Part shown: positions 19,172 through 27,819 of the stretch, in pieces
Layout of the letters: the number at the start of each line of letters is the position of its first letter
How positions within the stretch are numbered: position 1 is the stretch's first letter
Assembly: GCA_030158305.1 (NCBI GenBank)
Contig: JAOATE010000031.1
Span: 30,570 to 94,569 of the forward strand
Length of the DNA: 64,000 bases
Origin: Burkholderiaceae bacterium
GTDB lineage: Bacteria > Pseudomonadota > Gammaproteobacteria > Burkholderiales > Burkholderiaceae_B
Reading direction: 5' to 3'
Made by a program: the position numbers and the translations under genes
The notes under the pieces: generated by a model
The model's database searches: none
Told to the model about the DNA's origin: nothing
The model's input: the letters and a program-made list of their open reading frames with translations, nothing else

Positions 19172-19330
19172 ATGATTATGATGCTGCCTTTTTTAACTGC
19201 CCTCATCGCGATTGGCTTGACCATGCGTGGCGAAAGGATGCCCACTATCATCGCCTGGGGGATTACCTTTTTGATCTTTCTCGCGTGGCTCCAGTACCAC
19301 ATGACAGACACACTCAATATTTCTCTCTAA
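19172..19330 (+). CDS. Small membrane protein (52 aa), DUF5993-like, absent from the ORF track
   Basis: Hand translation MIMMLPFLTALIAIGLTMRGERMPTIIAWGITFLIFLAWLQYHMTDTLNISL*. Two hydrophobic helices; ends 9 bp before dsbB. The MMLPF...H.TD.L.I.L pattern is recalled for DUF5993. Confidence 0.75.
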   Translation: MIMMLPFLTALIAIGLTMRGERMPTIIAWGITFLIFLAWLQYHMTDTLNISL

Positions 19331-19339
19331 AGGTCGGTC

Positions 19340-19936
19340 ATGGACTATTCAAGTCGTTCACAAAGCACCACTGGCCAAGGCATTTCTTTCTGGCTGAACG
19401 CCTTCGCGTTGGCGGCAGTATGCGGCTCTCTGCTCGAAGCGCTGTACTGGCAGATTTTTTTCAACGAACTCCCTTGCCCGCTGTGCCAGCTGCAACGCGT
19501 CGCGCTGACGCTTGCAGGCATCGGCATGATGCTCAATGTTCGCTTTGGCGCGTCTCCCGTGCACTACGCCATCATTCTGGCCTCTGCGCTAGGAGGCGCT
19601 GCGGCCTCTGGTCGACAAATCCTGCTGCATATCGCGCCGGGCGACACCGGTTACGGCTCGACGCTCTTCGGGCTGCACTTTTATACCTGGGGCTTTATTT
19701 CTTTTGTCGTGATGATGGTGTTTTGTGCAGTGATGCTATGCGTGGATCGCAATCAGCTCTCTGAGCCCCGCGTTCAACTTTCCAGTCCCCCACAACTTAA
19801 CAAACGAATCGCTACAGTTCTGATCGGTCTGTTTTTTCTGATTACCGCGGCAAACCTCATTAGTGCCATCATGGTGTGTCAGTTTGGCTCATGCCCTGAT
19901 AATCCAACAGAGTATCTTTGGAAACTTTGGCCTTGA
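19340..19936 (+). CDS. dsbB: Disulfide bond formation protein B family
   Basis: ELPCPLCQLQR, RQILLHI, LFGLHFYTW, four TM segments, and a C-terminal CQFGSCP pair. Confidence 0.88.
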   Translation: MDYSSRSQSTTGQGISFWLNAFALAAVCGSLLEALYWQIFFNELPCPLCQLQRVALTLAGIGMMLNVRFGASPVHYAIILASALGGAAASGRQILLHIAPGDTGYGSTLFGLHFYTWGFISFVVMMVFCAVMLCVDRNQLSEPRVQLSSPPQLNKRIATVLIGLFFLITAANLISAIMVCQFGSCPDNPTEYLWKLWP

Positions 19937-19950
19937 GTTTCGTTTCCTTC

Positions 19951-20823
19951 ATGAAAATTCGCGCACTCTGGTTACTGGTCGCCTTTGCAGCGGTTATGGC
20001 GCCGATGTTCGCGCGTGCTGAAATATTCTCTGCCGCTCAACTCAAGCTTTTACATCAGCCCGTGCCTGGAGGCGTTGCTGTCGTTGATCTTTCCGGAGAC
20101 AAACAAGGCAACAACTCCGCCCCGCCCACCGCCCGCTATTTGGACAAACCTGTACTCGTTTCACGCACCGACACAGGAAAATGGGTTGCCGTAGTGGGCA
20201 TCCCACTATCCGCCCCCCTAGGATCACAAAATCTTGTGGTCGCACAAGGCGGAAAAAAATCGACACTTTCGTTTACTGTTGGCGACAAAAAATATCGCGA
20301 ACAACGCATTACTCTCAAAACGAACAAGCATGTCGACCTCAGCCCAGAGGACCTCGCCAGATACGAACGTGAGAAAAAACTGCAAGACGATGCGTATCAA
20401 GTGTTTAGTCCACAGCAGCCTAGCAATTTGCTCTTAGATCGCCCAGTCAAAGGTCCCTTATCAAGCCCGTTTGGACTCAAGCGTTTCTTTAATGATCAGC
20501 CCCGTGCGCCGCACTCTGGACTCGATTTTGCAGTGCCAACAGGGACACCTGTTCAGGCACCCGCGGCGGGACGTGTCATATTGGTCGGTGATTATTTTTT
20601 TAATGGCAAAACCGTCTTTGTCGATCACGGTCAAGGCATGATCAGTATGTTTTGTCATTTATCGACCATCGACGTCAAGCCGGGTGAACGCTTAGCGCGC
20701 GGTCAGGTGCTCGGCAAAGTCGGCGCAACAGGTCGTGTGACCGGTGCGCATCTCCACTGGAACGTCAGCCTAAATGATGCACGCGTCGATCCCGCCATTT
20801 TTATCGGTATGTTCACGCCCTAA
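19951..20823 (+). CDS. M23 family peptidoglycan DD-metalloendopeptidase
   Basis: Signal peptide; HSGLDF (HxxxD) and HLHW Zn motifs. Confidence 0.93.
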   Translation: MKIRALWLLVAFAAVMAPMFARAEIFSAAQLKLLHQPVPGGVAVVDLSGDKQGNNSAPPTARYLDKPVLVSRTDTGKWVAVVGIPLSAPLGSQNLVVAQGGKKSTLSFTVGDKKYREQRITLKTNKHVDLSPEDLARYEREKKLQDDAYQVFSPQQPSNLLLDRPVKGPLSSPFGLKRFFNDQPRAPHSGLDFAVPTGTPVQAPAAGRVILVGDYFFNGKTVFVDHGQGMISMFCHLSTIDVKPGERLARGQVLGKVGATGRVTGAHLHWNVSLNDARVDPAIFIGMFTP

Positions 20824-20854
20824 TCCTCGATGAGAAGGGTACAAGGAAGAGGCA

Positions 20855-21469
20855 ATGTCGATTATTTTTATTCGCCACGGTGAAACACTGCTCAATGCAG
20901 CGCGCACGATTCAGCCTGCTGACACACCTCTCGCTCCTCGCGGCCTCGCGCAAGCTGAGCACATGGCTACACGCGTGCGCGCACTCAAGCCAGCCGCTAT
21001 TTTGGCAAGCGATATGCCGCGCGCCTGGCAGACTGCGGAGGCGATTAGTCGCCAGACAGGGCTCCATCCCGTCAGTACAGACTTACTATGGGAACGCAAT
21101 TTTGGCGACCTGCGAGGACGTCCGCACGACACACTGAGTTTTAACGCCATGGAAATGCTTGAAGCACCTGCGAATGGCGAGTCGATGGCTGAATTTCACG
21201 AACGTGTCACCCAAGCGCTCGCCTTTGCAGTTGAATTCAGAGCGTCTCTTGATGGTCCACTGATTGTGGTGAGTCACGGCTTAGTGATCAGAGCATTGCT
21301 AGAAAACAATATCGATCTTGGACAACACAGTATTCCAGAACGCATTGGTAACACGTCACTCACAACGATCTCCGCTGATTCGCCCCATCGCGCCGAGCTC
21401 GTGAACTGCACCGCACATTTAGTGGGCACTGGACTCGCCGAGGGTGAACACAGCCTGTCAGGTGGCTAA
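20855..21469 (+). CDS. Histidine phosphatase family protein
   Basis: RHGET, LIVVSHG, NTSLT. Confidence 0.92.
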   Translation: MSIIFIRHGETLLNAARTIQPADTPLAPRGLAQAEHMATRVRALKPAAILASDMPRAWQTAEAISRQTGLHPVSTDLLWERNFGDLRGRPHDTLSFNAMEMLEAPANGESMAEFHERVTQALAFAVEFRASLDGPLIVVSHGLVIRALLENNIDLGQHSIPERIGNTSLTTISADSPHRAELVNCTAHLVGTGLAEGEHSLSGG

Positions 21470-22275
21470 GGCCGCACCCCTGGCGTTTCAAGCGGCATGC
21501 CACGTGCGCGCCACATCAAAAAGAGTTCGAGTTGCACCAACTCTTTTGCGCCCAGAGCATAGGGCTCCGCACGCACACCCGTCATGCAGTTTCGCAAGCG
21601 TCGCTGTAACGATCCGACCGTCTGCCATTCAAGTCTATAAATCGGGTACCCCGTTGGATGCGCCTCAGGAATCAGATTGCCACCGAGTTTGAGGCCTGCC
21701 CGCTCTGCGTGACATTGCGCACATGATAAGTTGAGTTGCCCGATACGCTGCTCAAATAAACGCTGACCTGCTTCGAGATCAGCGATGTTGTTGGATGTTC
21801 GCTCGACTGTGATTGGCATGCCTTTGGAAGCATGACCAATGTAGCTCGCCAACGACAGCAAGGCCTTGCTTTCCAGAGGCAGTGATGCAGCCTCTTGCTT
21901 ATGTTGACGACACATGTTGATCTGGCCTTCTAGGCTCAGCAACGTGTGATTGACGACTTTTGGAAAGCTCGCAGCAACACCCTTCATTGAGACGGCAGCA
22001 TCACCGTGACACTGGGCACAGGCCATATTTTTTTTACCTGCCGGTGCATTCCAAATTGTTTGGCCATCCAACACCCAAAAGGTCGCAGGATTGAGTGCTT
22101 CATCGTCCTGCATCGCACGCGTCTCAGGAGACATGAGCCAGTAGCTGGATTGACGTTTAAGCTGAGTCGGCTGTGTCAGCTGTGTCGCAGGCTCTTTAGG
22201 CTGGGCATGCGCAAAAGACATGCCCATGCACAAGAGAATCAGGCACACAAACCGAACCATTGCGCCTACCCTCAT
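21466..22275 (-). CDS. soxA: SoxA-like diheme c-type cytochrome (alternative start 22260)
   Basis: Sec signal; two CAQCH heme motifs; GQLNLSCAQCH; GYPIYRLEWQ; RRLRNCMTGVRA with the active-site Arg/Cys; TPGVRP C-terminus. Confidence 0.9.
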   Translation of the reverse strand: MRVGAMVRFVCLILLCMGMSFAHAQPKEPATQLTQPTQLKRQSSYWLMSPETRAMQDDEALNPATFWVLDGQTIWNAPAGKKNMACAQCHGDAAVSMKGVAASFPKVVNHTLLSLEGQINMCRQHKQEAASLPLESKALLSLASYIGHASKGMPITVERTSNNIADLEAGQRLFEQRIGQLNLSCAQCHAERAGLKLGGNLIPEAHPTGYPIYRLEWQTVGSLQRRLRNCMTGVRAEPYALGAKELVQLELFLMWRARGMPLETPGVRP

Positions 22276-22311
22276 TGCGCCCCCTGCTCCACTTGAAAAA
22301 AAAGCCTCACA

Positions 22312-22644
22312 CTAACCCGTCACAGTCAGTTGACTCGTGACACTCGAGGCATAACCGTTATCGCCCGTCCACTTGAATTCGAGCGTGCCCGTCTGCGTGG
22401 CGACGGTATAAAAACTAAAAGTCGGATTGGCACCTACGGCAGGATGCAACTCGGCACGAAACACTTCAACGCCATCATAGGTGCAGATAAAATCACGAAT
22501 GATATCTCTGGGGACCTGCACACCACGATCGGTATGTCTAAAGCCAGACTCCATATCATGCTGAACAATCACGCGGATCGATACCACCTCACCCTTGGTG
22601 GCAGTTTTAGTCATCGACACAACGGTACGCGAGGTCTTGCTCAT
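22312..22644 (-). CDS. soxZ: SoxZ-like carrier complex protein
   Basis: HDMESGFR, VGANPTFSF, FKWTGDNG. No signal peptide. ATG 22644 overlaps the soxY stop. Confidence 0.88.
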   Translation of the reverse strand: MSKTSRTVVSMTKTATKGEVVSIRVIVQHDMESGFRHTDRGVQVPRDIIRDFICTYDGVEVFRAELHPAVGANPTFSFYTVATQTGTLEFKWTGDNGYASSVTSQLTVTG

Positions 22645-23093
22645 ACGAGTACCTCCTCGGTGCAAGCCGCCAAAGTGACGAGAACCTCTGCAGAGCCTTG
22701 CCAGAACGACCCGTCGCTCATCTCTGCGACGGCCCAAAGTCTCTGTGAAGTTTGCAACCTGATACGCGTGGCCACCTGCGCACGACCCGCGCGCGCACCA
22801 AAATAAAAACTGACGATATTTGGCAGAGGATTACCCTCTGCAATCACATGAATCGCCTTCACGAAGTCAGTCGCTGTCATCGGACTGTCTACCGAGACAC
22901 TCATAGGCACCAGATTGCCGTTTTCCACCAATGGCGATATTTCTAAATTGACACGCCCCATCTTTGGCTGAGCGTTGCCAAGAATTTTTTTAATGGCCTG
23001 CGTGGCCTCTGCGGGTGTGGCTTGCGCCTTCAACCAGGGAACGATGCTCGTCGCCCCCATGACTGCAATAAATGCTCTGCGACTTGTACTCAT
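22641..23093 (-). CDS. soxY: SoxY paralog with an AAC-type swinging arm
   Basis: Tat signal SRRAF; ENGNLVP; EGNPLP; TRIRLQ; C-terminus VTLAACTEEVLV instead of the canonical VTIGGCGG. Confidence 0.88.
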   Translation of the reverse strand: MSTSRRAFIAVMGATSIVPWLKAQATPAEATQAIKKILGNAQPKMGRVNLEISPLVENGNLVPMSVSVDSPMTATDFVKAIHVIAEGNPLPNIVSFYFGARAGRAQVATRIRLQTSQRLWAVAEMSDGSFWQGSAEVLVTLAACTEEVLV

Positions 23094-23545
23094 TGTTTTA
23101 AGCTCACTAAAAAAGCCACAACATCTTCGATTTCCTGCGCAGTCAACATCGTCTTGTTTGCGAACTGCGGGGCAATACGCGCGCCGTGATCTCGACTGAA
23201 ATACGGTGGCATGATTGTGTTGGGATTAAAGCGACTCGCATCGACTAGTCTGGCCCGAAGCTGGCCTTCTGAAAGCTTGGCTGCGCTTGCTGCCAAATCA
23301 GGCGCCAGATTCCCCTGAAATCGCTCTTCAGGAAACGGACCGCTGTGACAAAGAATACACAAACCGCTTTGACGACTTAAAACAATCACGCGCCCCCGAG
23401 CAGGATCGCCGGGGGCACCTGACAGGGAGTCCACAATGACCTCCCCGCTTGTGATCTTTTTCTCAAGCTGCTGAGCGAGAGTGATAGATGGTGCCGCCAA
23501 CACAAAACACGCTGCCAAACACCAATTTATCACTCGCTGCGTCAT
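23090..23545 (-). CDS. soxX: SoxX-like monoheme c-type cytochrome
   Basis: Sec signal; GDPARG; CILCH; TIMPPY (Met ligand); LTAQEIEDVVAFL. Confidence 0.88.
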   Translation of the reverse strand: MTQRVINWCLAACFVLAAPSITLAQQLEKKITSGEVIVDSLSGAPGDPARGRVIVLSRQSGLCILCHSGPFPEERFQGNLAPDLAASAAKLSEGQLRARLVDASRFNPNTIMPPYFSRDHGARIAPQFANKTMLTAQEIEDVVAFLVSLKQ

Positions 23546-25731
23546 ACCAAGGTAAAACCACTTTTCTTCAAAGGTACATCACGCAAACGCTTGCCTGTTG
23601 CACTGAAAATAGCATTCAGCACTGCGGGGGCCGCCACGCAAATCGTCGGCTCACCAATGCCACCCCAAGCTTTTCCGCCACCCTGAATAATGATGGTTTC
23701 AACCTTAGGCATCTGGGCCAGGCGAATTGAGTTAAAGGTGTCAAAGTTCTTTTGCTCAACGCGACCGTCTTTGATCGTGCACTCTTCCTCAAACAAGGCG
23801 GACAAGCCATACACGAAGGAGCCTGATACCTGGCGCTCAATCTGTGCAGGGTTGACGGCATAACCACAATCCGTCGCCGCCACGATGCGGTGGATCTTGA
23901 CCTTGTTGCCGTCTGTCACAGAAAGCTCACACGCTGCAGCCACATAGCTACCAAAAGCCATCATCTGCGCAATGCCGCGGTGCACGCCCTTAGGTGCAGG
24001 CTTGCTCCAGCCAATGCCCTCTGCAGCTGCATTCATTGCAGCGAGGTTACGCGGGAATTTGCCCATGTATTGACGACGGAACTCCACTGGATCCATACCG
24101 GCCTCGTGCGCCAGCTCATCCATAAAGCATTCGATGAAGATCGCGTTTTGGTTCACGTTCACACCCCGCCAGAAACCGGGAGGCACGTGCGTGTTACGCA
24201 TCGCATGATCGATCAACTGGTTAGGGAACTCATACCCAATGGAGTGCTCTCCACCTTCCATGACGCCCTGGAACACCAACAGATCACGGCCTTTGTCTTT
24301 TGCCACAATCGCTGGACGCACAGCCGCCAAAATCGACTGGCCAGACAAACGCATGTGCACACCGGTTAGCTTTTTGTTTGCATCAAAAGCGCCCGTCATT
24401 TTGCACATCATGACAGGATGATAGCGACCCTGCGTCATGTCTTCTTCGCGTGTCCAGATCAGTTTGACTGGCACACCAGGCATTTGCTTGGCAATATTGA
24501 CGGCCTGTGTGGTGTAGTCCTGGAAAGCGCCACGACGACCGAAGCCACCACCCAAGTTGATTTTGTAGACATCGCACTTATCCGCTGGCAAACCAGAGGC
24601 CGCGATCACCGCAGCCAATGAGGCCTCGCCGTCCTGAGTCGGAACCCAAGCTTCGCAGCGCTCTGGCGTCCACTTGGCCGTGGCATTCATCACTTCCATT
24701 GGCGCGTGATTGAGGAAGGGATAAAAATAGGTCGACTCAATCTTTTTGGCTGCGCCTGACAAGGCAGCTTTGGTATCGCCACGCTGGTTGCCCACAAAGG
24801 CCTGCTCAGCTGTCAGTCCCTCTTTGAGCATCGCAGCAATCGATGCGCTGGAGACTTTTGCATTTGGACCCTCATCCCAGACGATGGGCAACGCATCCAT
24901 CGCAGTCTTGGCGACCCAAAATGTTTCAGCCACAACCGCAACAGCGGAGTCACCGACTTGCACCACTTTTTTCACGCCTTTCATGCCGGTCACTTTGCTG
25001 GCATCAAAGCTCTTGATCTTGCCACCAAAAACGGGGGACTCTTTAATCGTCGCCACCACCATACCTGGCAAGGTCAAGTCCATACCGTAGATTTGCTTGC
25101 CAGTGACTTTGTCAGCAAACGTATCAATCCGCTGCACCGACTTACCGATAATTTTCCAGTCTTTTGGATCCTTAAGGGGAATGTCTTTGGGCACAGACAA
25201 CTTGGAGGCGGCCTCAGCCACTTTGCCATACGTTGTTTTACGACCCGTCGCCTTGTGTGTAATCACACCCTCGGACACTTGGCACTCTGCGATCGGCACT
25301 TTCCAGCCATCCGCAGCGGCCTGAACCAGCATCATGCGCGCAGCTGCACCGCCCTGACGCACATACTGTTCGGAGGTGCGAATGCCGCGACTACCGCCTG
25401 TGGAAAATGAGCCCCAAGGGTTTTTACGCTTGAGACTTTCACCAGGAGTCGGGTATTCGGTCGTGACATTTTTCCAGTCACATTCGAGTTCTTCGGCCAC
25501 CATTTGTGCCAGACCGGTGATGGTGCCTTGACCCATTTCGGAGCGCACCACGCGCACGATCACTTTTTCATCTGGTTTGATGACGACCCACACACCGATT
25601 TCAGGTGTGGCGCCAGTAGCTTGTGCCAGACTGCTAAAAGGAAACTGCAAGCCCAGGGCCAGACCAGTACTGACGGCAGTCGTGCCGACAATAAAATGTC
25701 TGCGGGAAGGATTCGGGACGCGAGCATTCAT
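23542..25731 (-). CDS. Xanthine dehydrogenase family molybdopterin-binding subunit (IorB / aldehyde oxidoreductase-like), Tat-exported
   Basis: ATG 25731; SRRHFI twin-arginine signal; RSEMGQG, TGGS, GGGFGRR, FWRGV, GGIGEP (catalytic Glu). Confidence 0.93.
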   Translation of the reverse strand: MNARVPNPSRRHFIVGTTAVSTGLALGLQFPFSSLAQATGATPEIGVWVVIKPDEKVIVRVVRSEMGQGTITGLAQMVAEELECDWKNVTTEYPTPGESLKRKNPWGSFSTGGSRGIRTSEQYVRQGGAAARMMLVQAAADGWKVPIAECQVSEGVITHKATGRKTTYGKVAEAASKLSVPKDIPLKDPKDWKIIGKSVQRIDTFADKVTGKQIYGMDLTLPGMVVATIKESPVFGGKIKSFDASKVTGMKGVKKVVQVGDSAVAVVAETFWVAKTAMDALPIVWDEGPNAKVSSASIAAMLKEGLTAEQAFVGNQRGDTKAALSGAAKKIESTYFYPFLNHAPMEVMNATAKWTPERCEAWVPTQDGEASLAAVIAASGLPADKCDVYKINLGGGFGRRGAFQDYTTQAVNIAKQMPGVPVKLIWTREEDMTQGRYHPVMMCKMTGAFDANKKLTGVHMRLSGQSILAAVRPAIVAKDKGRDLLVFQGVMEGGEHSIGYEFPNQLIDHAMRNTHVPPGFWRGVNVNQNAIFIECFMDELAHEAGMDPVEFRRQYMGKFPRNLAAMNAAAEGIGWSKPAPKGVHRGIAQMMAFGSYVAAACELSVTDGNKVKIHRIVAATDCGYAVNPAQIERQVSGSFVYGLSALFEEECTIKDGRVEQKNFDTFNSIRLAQMPKVETIIIQGGGKAWGGIGEPTICVAAPAVLNAIFSATGKRLRDVPLKKSGFTLV

Positions 25732-25741
25732 GTGAGACCCC

Positions 25742-26194
25742 TTAAGCTTTAGCAACTGAGTGAATCGCGGCGCGAACTTCCTGGAAACTTCCGCAACGAC
25801 AAATATTGGTAATCGCCATATCGATGTCCGCATCAGTAGGCTTTGGATTTTTAGCGAGCAAATCTGTCGCAGCCATCAACATGCCTGCCTGACAGAAACC
25901 GCACTGAGGCACCTGATGATCGATCCAGGCCTGTTGCAATTTGGTGAGCTTGCCATCCGTTGCAAGACCTTCGATGGTCTGCACGCTTTTGCCCGCTGCC
26001 GCGCTCACAGGGATGACGCACGAGCGAATGGCTTGTCCATCGAGCATGACGGTACAGGCACCACACTGCGCCACACCACAGCCATATTTCGTACCTGTCA
26101 ATCCGACTTGCTCGCGAATCGCCCATAACAAAGGGGTGCTTGGATCCACATCAATGCTGTGCGATTTGCCATTGACGGTCAGTTTTATAGCCAT
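25742..26194 (-). CDS. (2Fe-2S)-binding small subunit (IorA-like)
   Basis: ATG 26194; [16 protein letters not shown] and QCGFCQ...NICRCG ferredoxin motifs. Confidence 0.94.
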   Translation of the reverse strand: MAIKLTVNGKSHSIDVDPSTPLLWAIREQVGLTGTKYGCGVAQCGACTVMLDGQAIRSCVIPVSAAAGKSVQTIEGLATDGKLTKLQQAWIDHQVPQCGFCQAGMLMAATDLLAKNPKPTDADIDMAITNICRCGSFQEVRAAIHSVAKA

Positions 26195-26335
26195 TTGGGA
26201 ACTCCCAGTGTGGTGTTTAATTGTCTCGAAACGAGTTGCAGCGAATACTTCATTCTCCATGTATAAAGTTACTACTCCGCGCCCCTCAACACCGCTTGGT
26301 GCATACCCTATATTCCACCGGACATATCGCCCCCT

Positions 26336-27328
26336 ATGCTCAACCAACAGATCGTTCTTGCTAGCCGACCCGATGGATGGGTCACTCCTGCGAACTTCTC
26401 TTTGAGGGAGACGGAAATCCCCACTCCCGGACCCGGTCAGGTCCTGATTCAAAACCATTGGTTGTCGCTTGACCCCTATATGCGTGGCCGAATCTCAGAA
26501 GCTAAATCCTACGCGCGCGGCGTCAATGTGGGCGAACTCATGGTGGGAGCCACTGTTGGCCAAGTCATCGCCTCCAATACGCCTGCTTTCACAGTCGGTG
26601 ACACGGTACTCGCTGCGACGGGCTGGCAATTATTTGCAGCCATGGATGCAAGCGCCGTCACATTGATCCGCACGGATCGTGTCAGTCCCTCCGCTTATTT
26701 GGGTGTGCTCGGCATGCCTGGCATCACAGCCTGGACGGGACTCATCGATATTTGCCAGCCCAAAACAGGCGAAACCGTAGTGGTGGATGCCGCATCCGGG
26801 GCGGTGGGTAGCGTGGTGGGACAGCTGGCCAAACTGTACGGTTGTCGCGTCGTCGGCATCGCAGGCGGACCGGAAAAATGTCGCTATGTGAAGGAAGAAC
26901 TTGGCTTTGATGTCTGCGTCGATCACCGCTCCGCTCACTTTGCTGCTGAACTCGCGGCGGCCCTGCCCTCAGGGATCGACTGCTTGTTTGAAAATGTAGG
27001 CGGAGCGATTTTTGAAACACTGCTGACGCACATGAACGTTGCCTCGCGCATTGCGCTCTGCGGCATGGTGTCAGAGTTCAACCGCGAACCGCATGCATAC
27101 CGTACCCTTCGCTCTATTTTGATCAACCGCATCCGTATCCAAGGCTTTATCGTGTCAGACAAGCTCGAGACATGGCCAGCTATCAGAGAAAACCTTTACC
27201 AGTTAGTCGTCGAAGGAAAACTCAAGTTTCGAGAATCCGTGACAGAAGGACTCGCCAACGCACCAGACGCTTTTGTTGGTCTTCTGAAAGGTGAAAATTT
27301 TGGCAAACAGCTGATCAAGCTAACTTGA
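26336..27328 (+). CDS. NADP-dependent oxidoreductase (MDR, prostaglandin-reductase/CurA-like)
   Basis: [41 protein letters not shown]. Confidence 0.92.
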   Translation: MLNQQIVLASRPDGWVTPANFSLRETEIPTPGPGQVLIQNHWLSLDPYMRGRISEAKSYARGVNVGELMVGATVGQVIASNTPAFTVGDTVLAATGWQLFAAMDASAVTLIRTDRVSPSAYLGVLGMPGITAWTGLIDICQPKTGETVVVDAASGAVGSVVGQLAKLYGCRVVGIAGGPEKCRYVKEELGFDVCVDHRSAHFAAELAAALPSGIDCLFENVGGAIFETLLTHMNVASRIALCGMVSEFNREPHAYRTLRSILINRIRIQGFIVSDKLETWPAIRENLYQLVVEGKLKFRESVTEGLANAPDAFVGLLKGENFGKQLIKLT

Positions 27329-27354
27329 GCAGTGCTTAAAAAGGAAGCCGTGCT

Positions 27355-27819
27355 TTAAAGGAAACGATCCAAAATGCGGCGACTGTGTTTGTCGAGTTGC
27401 TGCATATCCGCCACGTAGAAACGCAGGCCGTGACTATCCGTAATGATGAGTGTGCCACCATTGAGGCGACGGATATCTTCCTCGCCTTTTAGGATAAATT
27501 TAGTCGGACCTCGATCCGTGACGACTTCCCAAGTACTGGGTGTCGAATACGTGGAGACTTTGGTCAGCTGCTGGATCACAGGCATGACTTCGCGCGAAGC
27601 GATTTCTTCGTTGACCAACGCGCGGATGTCTTCGGGCACCTCAGCCAGGCGCTCAATCCAGAGCACTTCCTTACCCTCGGTGCTCATCAACGCGACAAAC
27701 TCTTGTGGCGATTGAACGGGAAACGCACGCACGGGAATGACACCCTCATGCATCGTGCCATCAGAGAGGCTCAGCACCAGTCGTCCGGCTAGGTTGCGCG
27801 TCAGTTGGAAATCATCCAT
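27355..27819 (-). CDS. DUF1854 domain protein (cyanophycin-locus associated)
   Basis: ATG 27819 overlaps the ABC gene end; VRAFP, PSTWEVVTDRG, LKGEEDIRRL, LDRFL. Confidence 0.82.
   Translation of the reverse strand: MDDFQLTRNLAGRLVLSLSDGTMHEGVIPVRAFPVQSPQEFVALMSTEGKEVLWIERLAEVPEDIRALVNEEIASREVMPVIQQLTKVSTYSTPSTWEVVTDRGPTKFILKGEEDIRRLNGGTLIITDSHGLRFYVADMQQLDKHSRRILDRFL

Noticed and set aside
22296-22303. A8 run between soxZ and soxA as a terminator or phase-variation site
   Set aside because: It is intergenic, has no preceding hairpin on the coding strand, and causes no frameshift.
21466-23545. Calling this a standard thiosulfate-oxidising Sox pathway
   Set aside because: No soxB or soxCD in the window, SoxY lacks GGCGG, and the genes are coupled to a xanthine-oxidase-family enzyme.
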